Shown piece after piece: positions 18,542 to 28,662 of a DNA stretch of 64,000 bases. The stretch lies in NCBI GenBank assembly GCA_041615815.1, contig JBFJCP010000001.1:128001-192000 (forward strand). The letters are read 5' to 3'. A program made the translations under genes and the position numbers. The DNA is from Gemmatimonadales bacterium (lineage in GTDB: Bacteria > Gemmatimonadota > Gemmatimonadetes > Gemmatimonadales > GWC2-71-9). Each line of letters starts with the position of its first letter. Position 1 is the first letter of the stretch. Below the pieces are notes generated by a model. That model worked only from the letters and a program-made list of their open reading frames with translations, was not told the DNA's origin and made no database searches.

Positions 18542-18916
18542 CTAACCTCCGGACCCTAGCCCCAGCTGCACGGCCTCAGCCGCCTCGTCCAGCAGCCGCT
18601 CCCTCTCCTGGCCCGTGTACGCCTTGAGAATCGTCGTCCCCGGCGCCAATCCCATCAACGCGAGGTTCAGGTACTTCTGGGCTATCAGATGGGCGACCCC
18701 CCGATCCACATGGTATTTCTCCTGGATCCGATCGTCGAGGGTCGTGCCCGTCCACAGCCGAAACTCGTCTGCCACTGGATGGCTCCTGCCGGGGACCACA
18801 TTGTCGGGGACATATGAAGAGAACAGATTTCCCACGTGCGTTCTGTATCGCAGATCACGTCCGCCCTTGCAGTCAGCGCCCCAAGCGCGGCTACGACATA
18901 CCAACATCCCGTCCAC
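18542..18916 (-). CDS. hypothetical protein or gene remnant
   Basis: C-terminal half looks protein-like; start uncertain because it abuts a terminator hairpin. Confidence 0.35.
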   Translation of the reverse strand: MDGMLVCRSRAWGADCKGGRDLRYRTHVGNLFSSYVPDNVVPGRSHPVADEFRLWTGTTLDDRIQEKYHVDRGVAHLIAQKYLNLALMGLAPGTTILKAYTGQERERLLDEAAEAVQLGLGSGG

Positions 18917-18921
18917 ATGAG

Positions 18922-18946
18922 AAAGGCCGCTAACTGAGCGGCCTTT
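18922..18946. terminator. intrinsic terminator (possibly bidirectional)
   Basis: AAAGGCCGCT-aactg-AGCGGCCTTT, 30 bp downstream of the stop at 18976. Confidence 0.6.
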
Positions 18947-18975
18947 ATCTATGTTTTAGAACTACTTAGGCTTTC

Positions 18976-19428
18976 TCAGCTCGCGTGTTCTAGGAGGTCC
19001 AGTTGGCGCATGACGGCGATCTTGATCTCGGGTGCAGCGGCCTGGAGGCCTTTTCGGAGTAGCAGGGCCGTGGTGGCGTCGAACGTGGGTGCCAGGTGCG
19101 CCTGTGCTGCCAGCTTGATCTTCTCTGCCAGTTCGGCGGGGATCTGGACAGAGACCATGCGGCGCTCTGCGGCTGCAGGAACGCTCTTGGGCTTCCAGCT
19201 CGGCAGACCAATCCGCCTCCCGTTTGGCGTGGACAGAAAGGCCAGCTGGGGCCGGTTGTACGTCCCACTCCGGATGTTTTTCTCGATGGTGGAGGCAATG
19301 GACAGCTCCGGATCGGCAGCATTGCTCGCCACCATCCCGCGCTCCAAGGCACGCCGTCCCAGCTCGCGGGCGGAAAGCGGACGCCCTTCCTCCATCAGTA
19401 GTCGATACGCAGCCTCGTGCACCTTCAC
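18976..19428 (-). CDS. HARE-HTH (HB1/ASXL/restriction endonuclease) winged-helix protein with possible C-terminal ribbon-helix-helix
   Basis: GTG start; KVHEAAYRLLMEEGRPLSARELGRRALERGMV...PELSIASTI pattern; tail RMVSVQIPAELAEKIKLAA. Confidence 0.65.
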   Translation of the reverse strand: MKVHEAAYRLLMEEGRPLSARELGRRALERGMVASNAADPELSIASTIEKNIRSGTYNRPQLAFLSTPNGRRIGLPSWKPKSVPAAAERRMVSVQIPAELAEKIKLAAQAHLAPTFDATTALLLRKGLQAAAPEIKIAVMRQLDLLEHAS

Positions 19429-19702
19429 GGTCGTGCCTGCTTTCCGCGGTTTCCTGCAGAAAAGAAAACAAGAAGGACCAGGAAAAGTGCGGATCGCAGC
19501 AGAAAAATCAAGAAAGAAAAGGAAAGACCATCCTGTCTTCGCCTTTTCATCGGGCCGGGGGTGCTGGCGGGTAACGACCGGAGAGAAGACGCTACGAACG
19601 GCGTGGGCGCAACCGGAGCACGCGGTCAGGGAATTGGGTGACATGGGTGGCGTCAGGTGCACCGGGTAGGTGCCGCGGCATGAAGCAGCCACGTGCCACA
19701 GC

Positions 19703-20128
19703 CTAGGGAGGCGGAACCACCACCCAGCTTCCGGGCCGGAATTTGAAGTCGAGGAGGCCCACCGCGAGACCAATACCGGCACCAGCCGCGAGCGAGATCA
19801 CCACATCCTCGGTGCTGGCATCGTCCGAGGCGAGGGCTGCCGTGAGCGTGCCGGCGGCGAGCCCGCCCAGGAGCCATGTTCCCAGCACCCATTGCGGTCG
19901 CCGGCGCTCGAATCGCTCGAGCCGCTCGACCACGCGACGATTGAAGACCTCGACCCCCTGAGGTTCTCCCAGGACGAACTCTTGGTCGTTCGCGGCCAGG
20001 ATCCGGCCGTGGCGCCAGGCGGAATCGGGGGACACGCGGACGCGCACACTGTCTCCCGGCGTCTGGGCCCGCGCGGGGCCCGCTGCCAGGATCGATCCGA
20101 CCAGGGCGAGCGTCAGAATGCGTCTCAT
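19703..20128 (-). CDS. hypothetical secreted/membrane protein with glycine-zipper-like helices
   Basis: Signal peptide MRRILTLALVGSILAAGPARA and two Gly-rich hydrophobic segments. Confidence 0.65.
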   Translation of the reverse strand: MRRILTLALVGSILAAGPARAQTPGDSVRVRVSPDSAWRHGRILAANDQEFVLGEPQGVEVFNRRVVERLERFERRRPQWVLGTWLLGGLAAGTLTAALASDDASTEDVVISLAAGAGIGLAVGLLDFKFRPGSWVVVPPP

Positions 20129-20273
20129 GGGCCTTCGGTAACTAACAGCCGGCAGCGCCGAGACTCTTGCAAGCCAGCGTGAGGGAAGCCTCAGGCTCTC
20201 CTTCATGCATGAAACACGAGAGCCCCGGCAGGTGATCCCGCCGGGGCCCGGTGCCCTACGAAAGAAGGAAGAT

Positions 20274-21227
20274 CTAGTTGTTGGGCCAGCTCCCCCAAAT
20301 GCTGCAGTGGCCCGCGTTGTCGGTGCCCAACAGAGCCTGCTGGGGACCGGTGTAGCCGGCATTCATGACGGCGCGAGGTGCGAAGTGGAAGAATCCGTTC
20401 GCGTCCGTGCGGAACAGCTTGCCGAAGTGGGCCTGGCTCAAGCCGTGTCCCGCCTCGTGCAGGGCCACGGTCTCGACGTCGATGTTGCCGTTGATGGCCC
20501 AGGGGAAGCTCGGATCGTAATAGATCTCACGGAACGCGGCGTCCAGCTTCCCGTTGTTGTCGATATCGGTGAAGTTGCCGGCGCCATCGATGAAGCCAAA
20601 GGTGAACGTGGCGCCGATTACGCCGCCACCGAAGTTGATGTCCCGCCAACCGGCATGCATGACGTCGGCGACCACGAATGGGCTACCACCCAGGCCGAAG
20701 ATGAACGCGACGACGCCCAGGTCGAGTCCGAAATCGGGGTTCTGAACGATCGGAAGCGTGGAACAGTCTTGGCCGTGCCAGGTGCCCATGGCACTCTGAA
20801 TCGCTGCCGTCGTTTGAGCGGCCGAGAGCCCGCCAAATGGCGGGACTGCATCAAACGTCTGATCGATGGCATAGGTAATATCATCCATCGGTCCACCCGA
20901 CGGCCCACTCCACCCTCTGCGTCCGTCGAACGGCACGAAGTCGAACGCGAGCTGCTTGTTGCCCCGGTTGTTGAAGAAGATGGTCTGCCCCATCTCCTCC
21001 GACCCCGGTCCGGCCATCCATTCCACCATCTCCAGGCGGTAGTCTGCGCCCTCTTCCGCGAGACCCGCGTTCACGGTGGCCATCATGTCCGAGAATTCGT
21101 TCTCGATTGCCGAGACGGCGAAATTGGGCGGACTGATATCCTCGAGCGAAGTTGGCTCCGAACAGGCTGCTGTGCCCAGCGCGAGCAGGGCGGCGACGGC
21201 GGCGAGGGAACTGCGCCTACGGTCCAT
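20274..21227 (-). CDS. metzincin (matrixin/M10-like) zinc metalloprotease lipoprotein
   Basis: GGAGG RBS; lipobox TAAC; HEAGHGLSQAH zinc motif; AVMNA Met-turn. Confidence 0.8.
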   Translation of the reverse strand: MDRRRSSLAAVAALLALGTAACSEPTSLEDISPPNFAVSAIENEFSDMMATVNAGLAEEGADYRLEMVEWMAGPGSEEMGQTIFFNNRGNKQLAFDFVPFDGRRGWSGPSGGPMDDITYAIDQTFDAVPPFGGLSAAQTTAAIQSAMGTWHGQDCSTLPIVQNPDFGLDLGVVAFIFGLGGSPFVVADVMHAGWRDINFGGGVIGATFTFGFIDGAGNFTDIDNNGKLDAAFREIYYDPSFPWAINGNIDVETVALHEAGHGLSQAHFGKLFRTDANGFFHFAPRAVMNAGYTGPQQALLGTDNAGHCSIWGSWPNN

Positions 21228-21701
21228 TAGACGTGCCTCCAATTGAAATGAAAGAGCAAAGGGCGTGCCCCTCCGCAACGGCAGAAACCCGCGTGCGGGG
21301 ATGCGCCATCCATCACAGTGGCTGTCCGGGACTCGATCACACGATCCCGTCGGTCGGCGAATGAGCGGTAATTGTCGGGAAATCCAGCGTCGCACCTCAA
21401 CTAGGAGGGCGGTGCGGTGCCGGAGCGCTTACAAGCTAGGAAATGGCATCTCGCGGCGCCAGTCTCACTTTGCGATCTTCACGTTTGTACTGCCACCACC
21501 GAGTGTTGCACGGTCGCAACTACTTGCTTGGAAGGGGTCGCAAGTTCATAATCGCGCCGATTGCATATTCCCACCGCGTGGGCGAGCGCGTCGTGGTATC
21601 ACCAAACGGAGTTTCCGTTTGCCCCACCTCGCCACCCCGTGTGTCCACAATTCGGTTGTCAAGCCCGCTGAACGGCGGGTTGTCTCGTCTCTGTCCGGCA
21701 G

Positions 21702-23207
21702 GTGTCTATGACTTGGGCAAGGGTTGGAACGGAGTCGGTGGATCGTGGCAGGCTGGGGTGGAAGATCGCGACGCTGGCGGGCGTCGCGTGGATCGCCACG
21801 GCCTGTGTGGATGGGGCTTTGGCCCCCGATCCGGTGGTCGTCGCGCCGCCGGCATTTTCGGTGCTCGCCGCCGAGGGTGGTCAACTCCGCGATCACCTCG
21901 TGGTGCTGCGACGGGAAGGCGCACCGTCCCGGGGGCTCATTCGGCGGATCGAAGCGATGGGCGGGACGGTGGCACAGCGCCACGACGAGATCGGCGTGCT
22001 CGCCGTGAGCGGTCTCAATGACCTGGATGCGTCCGGCCTCGGTGAGTTCGCGGAGGTGGACGGCGTTGGGCGCGATCTCGATCTCCAATGGATTCCGCCG
22101 CTGGAGGAGCTCCAGCTGGTCCAGATGGATGCGGGGGCGGAGACCGATCAGAGCGACGCGTTCTTCTTCGATGCGTTCCAGTGGAACATGCGTCAGATCC
22201 AGGCCGACGACGCGTGGCTCGTGACCCCGCAGGGAGCGGGGGCGCTCGTGTGCGTCATGGACTCGGGACTCGACCCGAGCCACCAGGACCTGGCCGGCAA
22301 AGTCAACATGGCCGTGAGTAGATCGTTCTTCCCGGGCGAGCCTGATATCCTCGACCGGAACTTCCACGGCACGTTCGTGAGCGGGATCGTGAGCACCAAC
22401 GGCCTCGGTGTCGCCTCCGTCGCTCCGGATGCCGATCTCTGCATGATCAAGATCGCCGGCGCTCAAGGCTCGGCCCCGTTTGCGAGCATCATTAACGGAT
22501 TCATCTGGGCGGGACTGATCGGTGCCGATGCCGTGAACATCAGCTTCGGCCTGCTGATTCCCGTCGAGCTCCTGAAGGACCCCATCGTGGTGGCTATGCA
22601 GCGCGCCGTCAGCTTCGCGCAGAAGAAGGGCGTCCTCGTGGTGGCATCGGCAGGGAACGAAGGCGTGAAAATCGACTTCGGCTCGCCCTACGCGCACATC
22701 CCGTCACAGCTCGGTGGGGTGATTGGCGTCGGGGCCACCGCGCCAGTCAATCAACAGGACTTCGATCGCCTAGCGTCGTACACGAACTACGGCAGGGCGG
22801 GGGCGCAAGTCATGGCTCCCGGCGGCGACTTCGTTCCCGGAAGCGTCATCGCGGACCTCATCATGTCGCTCTGCAGCAGCGTAGCCTTTCCGGCTCCGTT
22901 TCCCAACGGTTGCGGCGGCGGAGCGGTGTACGTGTTCGCCGCGGGAACCAGTTTCGCGGCGCCGCACGTGACGGGGACCTCAGCGGTCGTCGAATCCGCC
23001 GCGAAGTTGGAGCAGGGGAGTTCTTACCTTCGGCAATGCATTTTCCAGGGAGCGGACAAGCTCGACGGCCGCATCCTGAGCCCGGTCTACGGTTACGGCC
23101 GTCTCAACGTGCTCGGATCGGTGGCCCCCGGTCCGTGTGGTGGCGTCGCTCCTCCACCAGACGATGGCGGAGACGAGCAGATCGTCGAGGAAGGAGCTAC
23201 GGACTAG
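21702..23207 (+). CDS. S8 subtilisin-like serine peptidase, probable lipoprotein
   Basis: Catalytic triad VMDSG / HGTFVSG / GTSFAAPHV; SAGN oxyanion motif; lipobox ATAC. Start GTG 21702 or ATG 21708. Confidence 0.9.
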   Translation: MSMTWARVGTESVDRGRLGWKIATLAGVAWIATACVDGALAPDPVVVAPPAFSVLAAEGGQLRDHLVVLRREGAPSRGLIRRIEAMGGTVAQRHDEIGVLAVSGLNDLDASGLGEFAEVDGVGRDLDLQWIPPLEELQLVQMDAGAETDQSDAFFFDAFQWNMRQIQADDAWLVTPQGAGALVCVMDSGLDPSHQDLAGKVNMAVSRSFFPGEPDILDRNFHGTFVSGIVSTNGLGVASVAPDADLCMIKIAGAQGSAPFASIINGFIWAGLIGADAVNISFGLLIPVELLKDPIVVAMQRAVSFAQKKGVLVVASAGNEGVKIDFGSPYAHIPSQLGGVIGVGATAPVNQQDFDRLASYTNYGRAGAQVMAPGGDFVPGSVIADLIMSLCSSVAFPAPFPNGCGGGAVYVFAAGTSFAAPHVTGTSAVVESAAKLEQGSSYLRQCIFQGADKLDGRILSPVYGYGRLNVLGSVAPGPCGGVAPPPDDGGDEQIVEEGATD

Positions 23208-23220
23208 ACAGAGCTCACCA

Positions 23221-23251
23221 TCCCCGGGAATGGCCGGTCCATTCCCGGGGA
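23221..23251. terminator. hairpin between convergent genes
   Basis: TCCCCGGGAATGG-ccggt-CCATTCCCGGGGA, 13-bp stem. Confidence 0.55.
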
Positions 23252-23270
23252 GTGGGTGGTCGCGGCGTCA

Positions 23271-23546
23271 TCATTCGCCGTTGCAGCGCACGTTCTGCGG
23301 CGGCTGATTCTGACAGGCGATGCTCTCGTTCATGCCGGCGGCCATCACCGCGCAGGCCGCCCGCTGTGCCGCCGCAATGGCGTCGGCGTCGTTCTCGCCG
23401 GAGCCGGTGCGGCACTGGACCTGCCCACGGAACTCCACGCACAATTCGCATTCGGCCTGGACCACGCGCATGCTCCCGTAGACCAGGTAGCCGAGGAAGA
23501 TTGCGACCACCGCGAGAAACACGGCAATTCGTCCCCAACGCTTCAT
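23271..23546 (-). CDS. small membrane-anchored protein with six Cys
   Basis: MKRWGR, a TM helix, then CELC..C..C..C..C; 91 aa. Confidence 0.7.
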   Translation of the reverse strand: MKRWGRIAVFLAVVAIFLGYLVYGSMRVVQAECELCVEFRGQVQCRTGSGENDADAIAAAQRAACAVMAAGMNESIACQNQPPQNVRCNGE

Positions 23547-23660
23547 GACTGAATACCCGAGAATGAGGTCGTACGCTGACGAACCGGAGGATTGTAACCT
23601 GCCGGCGGGCCGGGCGCGACGGGGTGGAACTTCTCGCGGACTCGCGCGCTTGAGACTCAC

Positions 23661-24392
23661 ATGACGATCAGCGACGGGACTCCCAATCTCGGGGTTCGGG
23701 CAATCCTGGTGGCACTGGGTCTCCTGCTCGGCGTGGCTCCCGCGCGCTCGCAGGACGGAGGACGCGTGCTCGAGCTGCTCTCGGTACTCGAGACCAGCGG
23801 ACTCGACTCCTGGACGGTGCAGCGGCTCGCTCGCCGACCCACTCGCTACCGGGTCGTGATCGAAGACGGCCGTCCGGTGGTCGAGGCCACGAGCGTGAAC
23901 GGCAATGCCGGGTTGTGGCGACGGGTAGGGGTACCGGCGGCCGACGCGCGCCAGCTGACGTGGCGTTGGCGGATTGCCGGCAGCATCGATGCGAACCGCC
24001 GAGAACGTGAACGGAGCGGCGACGACTTTGCGGCGCGCGTCTTCGCCATCTTCGACGCTCGTGAAGGACCTTGGTCGGGCCGGGCCCTCTGCTACGTGTG
24101 GAGTGCGCACCTGCCCGTTGATACGCTGTACCGCAGTCCGTATAGCGACGACGTGGCGATGATCGTCGTCGAGCAGGGGAATGCCCGCGCCAATCGTTGG
24201 ATGAGCGTGAGTCGGAATCTCCTGCGAGATTACCGACGCGCCTTCGGGACCGAACCAGACACGCTTGCCGCCGTTGCGCTGATGGTCGACACGGACAACA
24301 CTCGCCTTCGCGCCACGGCATGGTTCGATCGTTTGAGCATCGACCTTGGGGCCACCGGGGAGGGATCGCGCACTCCGTCCCGCAGACGCTAG
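23661..24392 (+). CDS. DUF3047-like exported protein
   Basis: LTWRWRI, GDDFAARV, LCYVW, RNLLRDYRRAFG and MVDTDNT. Confidence 0.75.
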   Translation: MTISDGTPNLGVRAILVALGLLLGVAPARSQDGGRVLELLSVLETSGLDSWTVQRLARRPTRYRVVIEDGRPVVEATSVNGNAGLWRRVGVPAADARQLTWRWRIAGSIDANRRERERSGDDFAARVFAIFDAREGPWSGRALCYVWSAHLPVDTLYRSPYSDDVAMIVVEQGNARANRWMSVSRNLLRDYRRAFGTEPDTLAAVALMVDTDNTRLRATAWFDRLSIDLGATGEGSRTPSRRR

Positions 24393-24437
24393 GAAACCGC
24401 CACGGTGTCTCGGCCGTAGGGTGCCGAGGAGGCGCCC

Positions 24438-25070
24438 ATGATTCAGGTCGTCCTGTGGTTGGCGAAATCGACGTTCATCGTGGTCTTGCCGTTCGCCGTG
24501 CTCTTGCGCACGGCCGTGCTCGCGTGGCGAGACGGCGGTTTCGCGGCGTGGGAAGCCGTGCTCGCAGGCGCGGCGCTGACGCTCCTGGTCGTTACCGGCT
24601 ATGCCGTCTGGGCCTCCATCAAGTTTACCGGACGTCTACACCTCCGCCGGATTGCCACGTGGATTGCCATGCCGCTGGTGGTGTTCTACTGTGGGTTCGC
24701 GGCGCTTCACCTTTCGCAGACGAATGCCAAGAGCGACTCGGTGCGCCGCCAGTACCGCAGCCTTCATCCGGTGCTGCGACTCGCGGTGGGCACGCTCGTC
24801 CTTGCGGATCCTGATGCACTGGTGACTGACGTCGGGCGCGTCACGGATGACTACGACCGCTTGGGCCTTCCCCCCCGCCACGATTCGCGACATTTCCTCC
24901 AGGCCGATGGCTACGTGCACGCCGTCGACTTTCGCACCCGTGGCCGCTCGAGACTTCGTAACGGCCTCGTGCGAGGCTATTTCCGCCTGCTCGGTTTCCG
25001 CACGCTGCGTCACGTTGGCACTGCGGACCACCTGCACGTGTCACTCCCCCAGCGTGCGATATCGCACTAG
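24438..25070 (+). CDS. membrane protein with C-terminal LAS/M15-like zinc peptidase motif
   Basis: Three TM helices, then SRH...HAVDF and DHLHVS. Confidence 0.6.
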   Translation: MIQVVLWLAKSTFIVVLPFAVLLRTAVLAWRDGGFAAWEAVLAGAALTLLVVTGYAVWASIKFTGRLHLRRIATWIAMPLVVFYCGFAALHLSQTNAKSDSVRRQYRSLHPVLRLAVGTLVLADPDALVTDVGRVTDDYDRLGLPPRHDSRHFLQADGYVHAVDFRTRGRSRLRNGLVRGYFRLLGFRTLRHVGTADHLHVSLPQRAISH

Positions 25071-25156
25071 CGGCCTCCGCCTGAAGTTTTAAGTTCCAGT
25101 GTTGGCAAACGCCGGCGCCCCGGCCCCCGTACTCGACAAATACGCAGCGCACGCTT

Positions 25157-25678
25157 ATGTGGACGCATACACGAACACGTTCTGGTAGAGTGTCTTCCAC
25201 CTCGTTTCGCCCTAACGACGGTTCGACCGAGCAGAGGTACACCCAGGCAGACTGGGACACCGAATGCTTTGTGAACTTCGGTGAGGGGCGTGACCCGGCA
25301 CCGTGTCCGGCCTGTCGCCGGACGGGATTCTACGGTCCCCGCTTCGAAGATCCAGACCGCCGCTATCGCGCATGCCGATTCTGCGGCTTCACCCAAGACG
25401 TCGACGGTCCACCATTGTGGTATCGATCCGTGGTCCATGGCTGCGCGCCCTGGCCCACCTGCGCCAAGGCGCCGTACATCTGGTGGGTGGCCCCAGGCGC
25501 GAAGACGTTCGAATGTCCGTTCTGCCGTGATACCGCGGAGGTCGTGCAGTTTGCCATCACGGCTCCCGGAGACGACCCGCACCATCCGTGGTGGAAGGTG
25601 CCGCAACGGCGCAAGCGCTCGTACTACGTGCGTTTCTGGGAGAATTGGGACCCCACCAAGGGGCGCGTCTACCTGTAG
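25157..25678 (+). CDS. hypothetical Cys/Trp-rich zinc-ribbon protein
   Basis: CPAC, CRFC, HxC..C and CPFC. Start uncertain. Confidence 0.55.
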   Translation: MWTHTRTRSGRVSSTSFRPNDGSTEQRYTQADWDTECFVNFGEGRDPAPCPACRRTGFYGPRFEDPDRRYRACRFCGFTQDVDGPPLWYRSVVHGCAPWPTCAKAPYIWWVAPGAKTFECPFCRDTAEVVQFAITAPGDDPHHPWWKVPQRRKRSYYVRFWENWDPTKGRVYL

Positions 25679-25957
25679 CCGGCGCCGCTGGCCCCGGTCA
25701 TCTTTGCCGTCCCCGAGCTCCGACACCGCCCGTGAAATTCGCGGGCGGTTCGTTGTGATCCTCCCTCCGCCCGAGCGAGCGCTGACCTTTTTTCGGCAAC
25801 TTGCCGCACCTCAGCCCCACGACTAACCTTAGGCGGCGCCGGCCCTGAGCCGCTGCTGGGGCGCGGTGTTTCGAGCCAGACCCCGCCTCAAGATCGCTAT
25901 GACTACCAACCGACGAACCGGCGTCCGGCGTCGATCGGACGAGAGTGGAGATTGCCG

Positions 25958-27175
25958 ATGAGTGGTGCCCGCATTCAATGGCAAAACGGGCGCTTCGTCG
26001 TTCCCGCGGATCCCATCATCCCGTTCATCGAAGGGGACGGCATTGGCCCGGATATCTGGCGGGCGGCGCAGCGCGTGTTCGACGCAGCGGTCGATGAAGT
26101 AGGCGGAGGCAAACGGCGGGTCCACTGGCTGGAAGTACTCGCTGGCGAGAAAGCCAACCGTGAGACCGGTGAGTGGCTGCCCCAGGCGACGCTCGATGCG
26201 ATTCGCGAACACCGGATTGCCATCAAAGGGCCCTTGACGACGCCCGTTGGCGGCGGGATCCGCTCATTAAACGTGACACTCCGCCAAGTGCTCGATCTGT
26301 ATGCGTGCGTCCGGCCCGTGCGGTACTACACCGGTGTCCCCTCGCCCATGCGCGATCCCGGCAAGCTCGACGTCGTCATCTTCCGGGAGAACATCGAGGA
26401 TGTGTACGCGGGCATCGAGTACCAGGCCGGTAGCCCAGAGGCGGACCGCGTTCGGCAGTTCTTGACCGAATCCTATGGCGCCTCCATCCGCGAGCAAAGC
26501 GCGATCGGCATCAAACCCATGAGTGCCTTCAACACCAAGCGGCTGGTGGCCAAGGCCATCCAGTACGCCCTGGACCGTGGCCGCGCGTCGGTCACACTGG
26601 TGCACAAGGGCAATATCATGAAGTTCACCGAAGGCGCGTTCCGAGACTGGGGATACGAGGTCGCGCGCGAGCGCTTTGGGAGCGACACCATCCCCGAAGC
26701 GGAGCTCAGCGGTGATGCCCGCGGGCGTGTGATCATGAAGGATCGCATTGCCGACGCCATGTTCCAGCAGATTCTGCTCCGGCCCGGTGAGTACGACGTC
26801 ATTGCGACTCCCAATCTGAACGGCGACTACCTATCCGATGCAGCGGCCGCCCAGGTGGGTGGTCTCGGCATGGCGCCGGGCGGTAACATGGGCGATGGAT
26901 ACGCGGTGTTCGAAGCGACCCACGGCACCGCACCGAAGTACGCGGGCCAAGACAAGGTGAACCCCAGTAGCGTGATGCTGTCCGGCGTCATGATGTTCGA
27001 GGAGCTGGGATGGCGCGACGTGGGCGAGGCGATCGTCAAAGGTCTCGAGGGAGCCATCACCGCCGGCACGGTCACGTATGATCTCGCACGACAATTACCC
27101 GGGTCCACCAAAGTCCCCACGTCAGGATTCGCCGATGCCGTGATCGCGCACATGACGAAGGCAGTCGCCGCGTGA
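25958..27175 (+). CDS. icd: isocitrate dehydrogenase (NADP-type)
   Basis: [49 protein letters not shown] and [10 protein letters not shown]. Confidence 0.97.
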   Translation: MSGARIQWQNGRFVVPADPIIPFIEGDGIGPDIWRAAQRVFDAAVDEVGGGKRRVHWLEVLAGEKANRETGEWLPQATLDAIREHRIAIKGPLTTPVGGGIRSLNVTLRQVLDLYACVRPVRYYTGVPSPMRDPGKLDVVIFRENIEDVYAGIEYQAGSPEADRVRQFLTESYGASIREQSAIGIKPMSAFNTKRLVAKAIQYALDRGRASVTLVHKGNIMKFTEGAFRDWGYEVARERFGSDTIPEAELSGDARGRVIMKDRIADAMFQQILLRPGEYDVIATPNLNGDYLSDAAAAQVGGLGMAPGGNMGDGYAVFEATHGTAPKYAGQDKVNPSSVMLSGVMMFEELGWRDVGEAIVKGLEGAITAGTVTYDLARQLPGSTKVPTSGFADAVIAHMTKAVAA

Positions 27176-28662
27176 AGTCGTCGGTCCGCGTCGTACCGCT
27201 CGAGCGGGTGCGGGCTCCGGTGCTGGCCGTGGCGATCGGCGAGCTCGGCAACCGGAAGGTCCCGACGACGTTGCTGAGCTTGGATCGCAACGCGGACGGG
27301 GATATCGGTCGAGCATTTGCCAGCGGGGACTTCACGGGCCGCCGCCACCAAACCCTGGTGGTGTATCCGCGCCGCGGCGCGGATCGCGTCCTACTGGTGG
27401 GGTTGGGCAAGCAAGAGGAGATCACCCGCGGCGCGATCCGCGGGGCGGCCACGGTGGCGGCCCGAAAGGCGATCGATCTCGAGGCCCCCGCGATGGCCTT
27501 TCACGTGGCCGCCGAGACCCATGGAGGCGTCAACGCAGAGGCCATTGGCCAGGTGGCCACCGAGGGCGCGGCACAGGGGGCGTGGCGATTCACCGATCTC
27601 AAAGCCACCGAGAAGAAAACCCGTCTGGGCCAGCTCGATCTGATCAGTACTAAGGAAGAGCGCGCGGCGATGGAGCGCGGCCGCAAGGTGGGCGCCGCCA
27701 CCGCCATCGGGCAGCGATTGGCCCGGAACCTCCAGATGTTGCCCTCCAACGTCTGCACCCCCACCTACTTGGCGGGGGTTGCCCGCGATCTGGGCAAGGC
27801 CTACGGCTACAAGGTCACCGCGCTCAACCGCACCAACATCGAGAAGGCCGGTATGAACGCGCTCCTGGCGGTCGCCCAGGGATCGGCACAGGAGCCGCGG
27901 TTCATCGTTCTCGAGTATCGCGGCGCGGGGGCGCGCCAGCAGCCGCTCTGTTTCGTCGGCAAGGGCGTCACCTTCGATTCCGGAGGCATCTCGATCAAGC
28001 CCGCCGACAAGATGGAAGAGATGAAGTACGATATGTCCGGCGCCGCGGCCGTGCTCGGTCTGTTCGAAACCTTGGCACACCTCAAACCCAAAGTGAATGT
28101 GGTCGGACTCGTGCCGGCGACGGAGAATCTCCCCTCCGGCACCGCCGTCAAGCCGGGAGACGTGATCCGAAGCCACTATGGCAAGACGATCGAGATCATC
28201 AACACCGACGCCGAAGGTCGCCTCATTCTGGCGGATGCCCTGTCCTACGCCCGACGCTTCAAGCCCGCGTGCGTGATCGACGCGGCAACACTCACGGGGG
28301 CGATCGTCATCGCGTTGGGGCATCACGCGGTTGGGTTGATGGGCAACGACGACCATCTGCTGGAAGAAGTGGCACACGCTGGCGCCCTCGCCGGCGAACG
28401 GTGCTGGGCGCTCCCGTTGTGGGACGAGTATCGGGAGCAACTCAAATCGGATGTGGCCGACGTCAAGAATACCGGCGGACGGCCGGGCAGCTCGATCACC
28501 GCAGGGTGGTTCCTCCGCGAGTTCGTCGCGTCGTTCCCCTGGGCCCATCTCGACATTGCCGGTACCGCCTATACGGACACCGACCGTCCGACCATGAGCA
28601 AGGGCCCGACTGGCGTGGGCGTGCGTCTGTTCACGGAATTCGTCCTCGGACGCGCGGGGTGA
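27172..28662 (+). CDS. pepA: leucyl aminopeptidase (M17)
   Basis: [17 protein letters not shown] and NTDAEGRL. Confidence 0.96.
   Translation: MKSSVRVVPLERVRAPVLAVAIGELGNRKVPTTLLSLDRNADGDIGRAFASGDFTGRRHQTLVVYPRRGADRVLLVGLGKQEEITRGAIRGAATVAARKAIDLEAPAMAFHVAAETHGGVNAEAIGQVATEGAAQGAWRFTDLKATEKKTRLGQLDLISTKEERAAMERGRKVGAATAIGQRLARNLQMLPSNVCTPTYLAGVARDLGKAYGYKVTALNRTNIEKAGMNALLAVAQGSAQEPRFIVLEYRGAGARQQPLCFVGKGVTFDSGGISIKPADKMEEMKYDMSGAAAVLGLFETLAHLKPKVNVVGLVPATENLPSGTAVKPGDVIRSHYGKTIEIINTDAEGRLILADALSYARRFKPACVIDAATLTGAIVIALGHHAVGLMGNDDHLLEEVAHAGALAGERCWALPLWDEYREQLKSDVADVKNTGGRPGSSITAGWFLREFVASFPWAHLDIAGTAYTDTDRPTMSKGPTGVGVRLFTEFVLGRAG

Noticed and set aside
18390..19700. Intact prophage or integrative element at tRNA-Leu
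   Set aside because: No integrase, phage genes or att direct repeat were found by eye.
21228..21701. Cobalamin or c-di-GMP riboswitch in the protease spacer
   Set aside because: Only isolated short matches (GCCACTG, GGCAAAC); the remaining conserved elements are absent.
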